The position numbers were made by a program, and so were the translations under genes. Positions 56,901 to 64,000 of a DNA stretch of 64,000 nt are shown piece after piece. Position 1 is the first letter of the stretch, and the number at the start of each line of letters is the position of its first letter. This DNA is from the human T2T-CHM13v2.0 reference genome, Homo sapiens, in assembly GCF_009914755.1 (NCBI RefSeq), contig NC_060933.1, one strand, 5' to 3'. The notes under the pieces were generated by a model. The model saw only the letters and a list, made by a program, of their open reading frames with translations. It was not told the origin of the DNA and ran no database searches.

Positions 56901-59900
56901 GGAATTAACCCGAGTGGAATTGAATGGAAAAGACTGGAATGGAGTGGAATGGAATGGAATGGAACGGAATGGAACGGAATGGAATGGAATGGAATGCAAT
57001 GGAATGGAATCTTCCGGAATGGAATGGAATGGAATGGAATGGAATGGAATGGAATGGATTCAACTCGATTGCAATGGAATGGAATAGAATGGAATGGAAT
57101 GGAATGGAATGGAATTAACCCGAATAGAATGGAATGGAATGGAACGGAACGGAACGGAACGGAATGGAATGGAAAGGAATGGAATGGAATGGAATGGAAT
57201 GGAATGGAATTGTATGGAATGGAATGGAATGGTACGGAATAGAATGGAATGGAAAGAATTGGAATGGAATGGAATGGAATGGAATGGAATGGAATGGAAT
57301 GGAATCAACCCGAGTGCAGGGGAATGTAATGGAACGGAATGCAATGGAATGGAATCATCCGGAATGGAATGGAATGGAATGGAATGGAATGGAGTGGAAT
57401 GGAATGGAATCAACCTGAGTGCAATGGAATGGAGTGGAATGGAATGGAATGGAATGGAACAACCCGAATAGAATGGAATGTAACGGAGAGTAAGGGAGTT
57501 GAATAGAATCAATCCGAATGCAATGGAATGGAATGGAACGGAATGGAATGGAATGGAATTGAATGGAATGCAATGGAATGGAATCAACGCGAGTACAATG
57601 GAATGGAATGGAATGGAATGGAATGGAATGGAATGGAATGGAATCAACCCGAGTGGAAAGGAATGGATAGGACTGGAATGGAGTGGAATGGAATGGAATG
57701 GAATGGAATGGAATCAACCCGAGTGCAATGGAATGGAGAGGAATGGAATGGAATGGAATGGAAACTACCCGAATCGAATGGAATGTAATGGAGTGTAAGG
57801 GAATTGAATAGAATCAATCCGAATGTAATGGAATGGAATGGAACGGAATGGAATGGAATGCAATGGAATGGAATGCAATGGAATGCAATGGAATGGAAAG
57901 GAATTGAATGGAGTGGAATGACTTCAAACCGAATGGAATGGAAAGGAATGGAATCAACAAGAGTGGAATGGAATGGAATGCAATGGAATGGAATGGAATG
58001 GAATCAACCCGAGTGTAATGGAATGGAATCGAATGGAATGGAAAAGAATAGAATGGATTCAACCCCAATGGAATGGAAAGGAATGGAATCAACCCGAGTG
58101 GAATGGCATGGTATGGAATGGAAAGGAATGGAATGGAATGGTACAGAACGGAATGGATTGGAACGAAATGGAATGGAATGGAATGGAATGGAATGGAATG
58201 GAATGGAATCAACTCCATTGCAAAAGAATGGAAAGGAATGGAATGGAATAGAATGGAATGGAATTAACACGAATAGATTGGAATGGAATGGAATGGAATC
58301 AACCTGAGTACAGGGGAATGTAATGGAATGGAATGCAATGGAATGGAATCATCCGTAATGGAATGGAAAGGAATGGAATGGAATGGAATGGAATGGAATG
58401 GAATGGAATGAAATGGAATGGAATGGAATCAACTCGATTGCAATGGAATGGAATGGAATTAACCCGAATAGAATGGAATGGAATGGAATGGAACGGAATG
58501 GAATGGAATGGAATGGAATGGAATGGAATGCAATGGAATGGAATCAACCAGAGTACAATGGAATGCAATGGTATGGAATGGAATGGAAAGGAATGGAATG
58601 GAATTGAATGGAATGGAATGCCTTCAAACCGAAAGGAATGGAAAGGAATGGAATCAACACGAGTGGAATGGAATAGAATGGAATGAAATGGAATGGAATG
58701 GTACGGAAAAGAATGGAATGGAACGAAATGGAATGGAATGGAATGGAATGGAATCGAATGGAATCGAATGGAATCGTTCCGAGTGGAATAGGAGGGAATG
58801 TATTCGAGTGGAATGGAAAGGAATGGAATCAACCAGAGTGGAATGGCAGGGAATGGAATGGAATGGAAACTAATAGAATGGAATCAACCCGAGTGGAATG
58901 GAATGGAACGCACTGGAATGGAATGGAATGCAATGGAATGGAATGGAATGGAATGGAATCAACTCGATTGTAATGGAATGGAATGGAATGGAAAGGAATG
59001 GAATGGAACGGAATGGAGTGGAATGGAATGGAATCAACCCGAGTGCAGGGGAATGGAATGGAATGGAATGCAATGGAATGGAATCATCCGGAATGGAATG
59101 GAATGGAATGGAATGCTATGGAATGGAATCAATCAACCCGAGTGCAGTAGAATGCAGTGGAATGGAATGGAATGCAATGGAAACTACCCGAATGGAATGG
59201 AATGTAATGGAGTGTAAGGTAATTAAAAAGAATCAATCTGAATGTAATGGAATGGAATGGAACGGAATGGAATGGAATGAAATGGAATGGAATGGAATGG
59301 AATGGAATGGAATCAACCCGAGTGCAATGGAATGGAATTGAATGGAATGGAATGGAATGGAATGGATTCAACCCGAATGGAATGGAAAGGAATGGAATAA
59401 AGCCGAATGGAATGACATGGAATGGAATGGAATGGAATGGAATGGAATGGAATGGAATGGTACGGAATAGAATGGAATGGAACGAAATGGAATGGAATGG
59501 AATGGAATGGAATGGAATGGAATGCAATGGAATGGAATGAACACGTGTGCAATGGAATGGAATCGAATGGAATGGAATGGAATGGAATGGGTTGGACTCG
59601 AATGGAATGGAAAGGAATGGAATCAACCCGAGTAGAATGGCATGGAAAGGAATGGATTGGAATGGAATGGAATGGAATGGAATGAAATGGAATGGAATGG
59701 AATGGATTCAACCTGAATGGAATGGAAAGGAATGCAATAAACCCGAGTGGAATGCCATGGAATGGAGTGGAATGCAACGGATTGGAATGGAATGGTACGG
59801 AATAGAATGGAATGGAAAGAAAAGGAAAGGAATGGAATGGAATGGAATGGAAAGGAGTGGAATGGAATGGAATGAACCCGTGTGCAAAGGAATGGAATGG

Positions 59901-62900
59901 AATGGAATGGAATGGAATGGAATGGATTCAACTCGAAAGGAATGGAAAGGAATGGAATCAACCCGACTGGAATGGCATGGAATGGAGTGGAATGGAATGG
60001 AATGGAATGGAATGGAATGGTACGGAATAGAATGGAATGGAACGATATGGAATGGAATGGAATGGAATGGAATTGAATGGAATGGAATCATTCCGAGTGG
60101 AATAGAAAGGAATGTATTCGAGTGGAATCGAAAGGAATGGAATGAACCAGAGTGGAATGGAAGGGAAAGGAATGGAATGAAAAAGAATAGAATGGAATCA
60201 ACCCAAGTGGAAAGGAATGGAAAGGAATGGAACGGAATGGATTTGAATGGAATGGAATGGAATGGAATCAACTCGATTGCAATGGAATGGAAAGGAATGG
60301 AATGGAATGGAATGGAATGGAATTAAACCGAATAGAATGGAATGGAATGGAATGGAACAGAATGAAATGGAATTGAATGGAATGGAATCAACCCGAGTGC
60401 AGGGGATTGGAATGGAATGGAATGGAATGGAACGGAATGGAATGGAATGGAATGGAATCAACTCGATTGTAATGTAAAGGAATGGAATGGAACGGAATGG
60501 AATGGAATGGAATGGAATGAAATGGAATGGCATGGAATGGAATGGAATCAACGCGAGTGCAATGGAATGGAATCGAATGGAATGGAATGGAATGGAATGG
60601 AATGGATTCAACCCGAATGGAATGGAAAGGTATGGGATAAACCTGAGTGGAACGGCATGGAATGGAATGGAATGGAATTTAATGGTACGGGATATAATGG
60701 AATGGAACGAAATGGAATGGAATGGACTGGAAAGGAATGGAATGGAATGGAATGGAATGGAATGGAATGGAATGGATTCAACTCGAATGCAATGGAAAGG
60801 AATGGAATCAACCCGAGTGGAATGGCATGGAATCGAATGGAATGGAATGGAATGGAATGGTACGGAATAGAAGGGAAAGGAACGAAATGGAATGGAATGG
60901 AATGGAATGGAATGGAATGGAAGGCAATGGAATGGAATCATCCGGAATTGAATGGAATGGAACGGAATGGAATGGAATCAACTCGATTGCAATGGAATGG
61001 AATGGAATGGAATTAACCCGAAGAGAATGGATTGGAATGGAGTGGAATGGAATGGAATGGAATGGAAGGGAATGGAATGGAATGGAATGGAATGGAATGG
61101 AATAGAATGGAATGGAATGGAATTAACCCGAGTGCAATGGAATAGAGAGGAATGGAATGGAATGGAATGGAATGCAATGGAATGGAATGGAATGGAATGA
61201 AATGCAAGGGAATGTAATCAACCCGAGTGCAATCGAATGGAATCGAATGGAATGGAAAGCAATGGAATGGATTCAACTTGAATGGAATGGAAAGAATGGA
61301 ATCAACACGAGTGGAATGGCATGGATTGGAATGGAATGGAATGGAATCAACCCGAGTACAGGGGAATGGAATGGAATGGAATGCAATGGAATGGAATCAT
61401 TCGTAATGTAATGGAAAGGAATGGAATGGAATGGAATGGAATGGAATGGAATCAACTCGATTGCAATCGAATGGAATGGAATGGAATTAACCCGAATAGA
61501 ATGGAATGGAATGGAATGGAACGGAACGGAATGGAACGGAACGGAATGGCATGGAATGGAATGGAATGGAATGGAATGGGATGGAATGGAATGGAATGGA
61601 ATGGAATCAAGGCGAGTGCAGGGGAATGGAATGGAATGGAATGCAATGGAATGTAATCTTCCGGAATGGAATGGAATGGAATGGAATGGAATGGAATGGA
61701 ATGGAATGGAATCAACGCGAGTACAGGGGAATGGAATGGAATGGAATGCAATGGAATGGAATCTTCCGGAATGGAAAGGAATGTAATGGAATGGAATGGA
61801 ATCAACTCGAATGCAATCGAATGGAATGGAATGGAATTAACCCGAATAGAATGGAATGGAATGGAATGGAACGGAACGGAACGGAATGGAATGGAATGGA
61901 ATGGAATGGAACGGAACGGAACGGAATGCAATGGAACGGAACGGAATGGAATGGAATCAACGCGAGTGCAGGGGAATGGAATGGAATGGAATGCAATGGA
62001 ATGGAATCTTCCGGAATAGAATGGAATGGAATGGAATGGAATGCAATGGATTCAACTCGATTGCAATGGAATGGAATAGAATGAAATGGAATGGAATGGA
62101 ATGGAATTAACCCGAATAGAATGGTATGGAATGGAATGGAACGGAACGGAACGGAACGGAACGGAATGGAATGGAATGGAATGGAATAGAATGCAATTGT
62201 TTGGAATGGAATGTAATGGTACGGAATAGAATGGAATGGAATGAATTGGAATGGAATGGAATGGAATGGAATGGAAAGGAATGGAATGGAATCAACCCGA
62301 GTGCAGGGGAATGTAATGGAACGGAATGCAATGGAATGGAATCATCCGGAATGGAATGGAATGGAATGGAATGGAATGGAATGGAATGGAATGGAATCAA
62401 CCCGAGTGCAATGGAATTGAGTGGAATGGAATGGAATGGAATGGAACAACCCGAATGGAATGGAATGTAATGGAGAGTAAGGGAGTTGAATAGAATCAAT
62501 CCGAATGTAATGGAATGGAATGGAACGGAATGGAATGGAATGGAATTGAATGGAATGCAATGGAATGGAATCAACCCGAGTACAATGGAATGGAATGGAA
62601 TGGAATGGAATGGAATGGAATGGAATCAACTCTATTGCATTGGAATCGAATGGAACAGAACGGAATGGAAAGGAGAGGAATGGAATGGAATGGAATGGAA
62701 ACTACCTGAATGGAATGGAATGAAATGGAGTGTGAGGGAATTTAATAGAATCAATCCGAATGGAATGGAATGGAATGGAACGGAATGTAATGTAATGGAA
62801 TGGAATGGAATCAACCCGAGTGCAGGGGAATGGAATGGAATGGAATGCAGTGGAATGGAATCATCCGGAATGGAATGGAATGGAATGGAAGGGAATGGAA

Positions 62901-64000
62901 TGGAATGGAGTGGAAAGGAATGGAATCAACCCGAGTGCAGGGGAATGGAAAGCAATGGAGTGCAATGGAATGGAATCATCCGGAATGGAATGGAATGGAA
63001 TGGAATGCAAAGCAATGCAATCAACTCTATTGCAATGGAATGGAATGGAATGGAAAGGAATAGAATGGAATCAACTCGAGTGGAATGGAATGGAAAGGAC
63101 TCAAATGGAGTGGAATGGAATGGAATGGAATGGAAAGGAATCAACTCGATTGGAATGCAATGGAATGGAATGGAATGGAATGGAATGGAATTAACCCGAA
63201 TAGAATGGAATGGAATGGAATGGAACGCAACGGAACGGAACGGAATGGAATGGAATGGAATGTAATGGAATGGAATCAACCCGACTGCAGGGGAATGGAA
63301 TGGAATGGAATTCAATGGAATGGAATCATCCGGAACGGAATGGAATGGAATGGAATGGAATCAACTCGATTGCAATGGAATGGAATAGAATGGAATGGAA
63401 TGGAATGGAATGGAATTAACCCGAATAGAATGGAATGGAATGGAATGGAAAGGAATGGAAGGGAATGGAATGGAATGGAATCAACCCGAGTGCAGGGGAT
63501 TGGAATGGAATGGAATGCAATGGAATGGAAACATCCGGAATGGAATGGAATGGAATGGAATGCAATCAACCCGATGCAATGGAATGGAGTGGAATGGAAT
63601 GGAATGGAATGGAATGGAAACATCCCGAATGGAATGGAATGTAATGGAGTGTAAGGGAATTGAATAGAATCAATCCGAATGTAATGGAATGGAATGGAAT
63701 GAAATGGAATAGAATGGAATGGAATGGAATCAACCCGAGTGCAATGGAATGGATTCGAATGGAATGGAATGGAATGGAATGGATTCAAGAAGAATGGAAT
63801 GGAAAGAAATGGAATCAACCCGAGTGTAATGGCATGGAATGGATTGGAATGGAATGGGATGGAATGGAATGGTACGGAATAGAATGGAATGGAATGAAAT
63901 GGAATGGAATGGAATGGAATGAAATGGAGTGGAATTGAATGGAATGAACCCGTGTGCAATGGAATGGAATGCAATGGAATGGAATGGATTCCACTCGAAT
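53960..64000 (+). repeat. ~7.15-kb-period duplication (53960-56850 repeated at 61120-64000; second copy truncated by the window end)
   Basis: Identical ORFs at 54122/61282 (offset 7160) and at 55336/62486 and 56510/63660 (offset 7150). Private variants CAAGGCGAG, GCAATTGTTTGG, CTCTATTGCATTGG and GGACTCAAATGG occur in both copies. EcoRI sites at 56158/63308. Confidence 0.93.

Larger units (their letters stand above)
1..64000 (+). repeat. Satellite III (HSat3) array, (GGAAT)n G-rich strand on +, pericentromeric heterochromatin
   Basis: Continuous GGAAT pentamers from base 1 to 64000, interspersed with the decamer CAACCCGAGT and its variants (reverse complement ACTCGGGTTG), the classical Satellite 3 signature. 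It lacks the CATTCGATTC-dominated periodicity of HSat2. The orientation is the same throughout. Confidence 0.97.

Noticed and set aside
111-63974. Hundreds of ORFs of 60-383 aa on both strands
   Set aside because: They are direct translations of a stop-free pentamer (MEWNG / IPFHS), overlap in all six frames, and have no domain content or codon structure.
1-64000. CRISPR-like alternation of conserved words and intervening sequence
   Set aside because: The intervening sequence is GGAAT repeat of variable length rather than unique spacers. There is no leader and no cas genes.
1-64000. HSat2, alpha satellite/CENP-B boxes, telomeric repeat, or an SCA31-type pure (TGGAA)n expansion
   Set aside because: There is no CATTCGATTC-dominated pattern, no 171-bp alphoid monomer and no TTAGGG. 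Pure runs are short (under ~100 bp) and regularly broken by Sat III cassettes.
53960-64000. 7.15 kb interpreted as a dimer of the ~3.56-kb DYZ1 repeat
   Set aside because: No internal ~3.57-kb periodicity is visible within 53960-61120, and the array is much closer to pure GGAAT than DYZ1.
1-64000. Inversions or Alu/L1 insertions
   Set aside because: No (ATTCC)n tract on +, no poly-A tail, and no non-satellite segment longer than ~30 bp was seen.

Overview
The whole 64-kb window is one uninterrupted array of human/primate Satellite III (HSat3). The + strand carries (GGAAT)n, punctuated every ~30-100 bp by short 'cassettes' such as CAACCCGAGT, CAACTCGATT, TTAACCCGAATAG and CATCCGG/CTTCCGG. I see no gene, RNA gene, transposon insertion, CRISPR array or strand inversion. 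All ORFs are repeat artefacts (poly-MEWNG on +, poly-IPFHS on -). The real information is in array architecture. Cassettes follow a stereotyped order forming a ~863-869-bp module, and there are layered recent duplications with periods of ~2.08, ~0.86, ~4.22/5.13, ~3.80 and ~7.15 kb, plus long-range copies at ~16.7 and ~24.9 kb. One cassette variant (gGAAt-cTTCc-gGAAt) is a perfect three-pentamer heat-shock element. I counted 31 copies by eye, dense in the first 36 kb and absent from 36.4-49.5 kb. I found no evidence for a new gene-encoded system. All coordinates and counts were read by eye and need computational confirmation.
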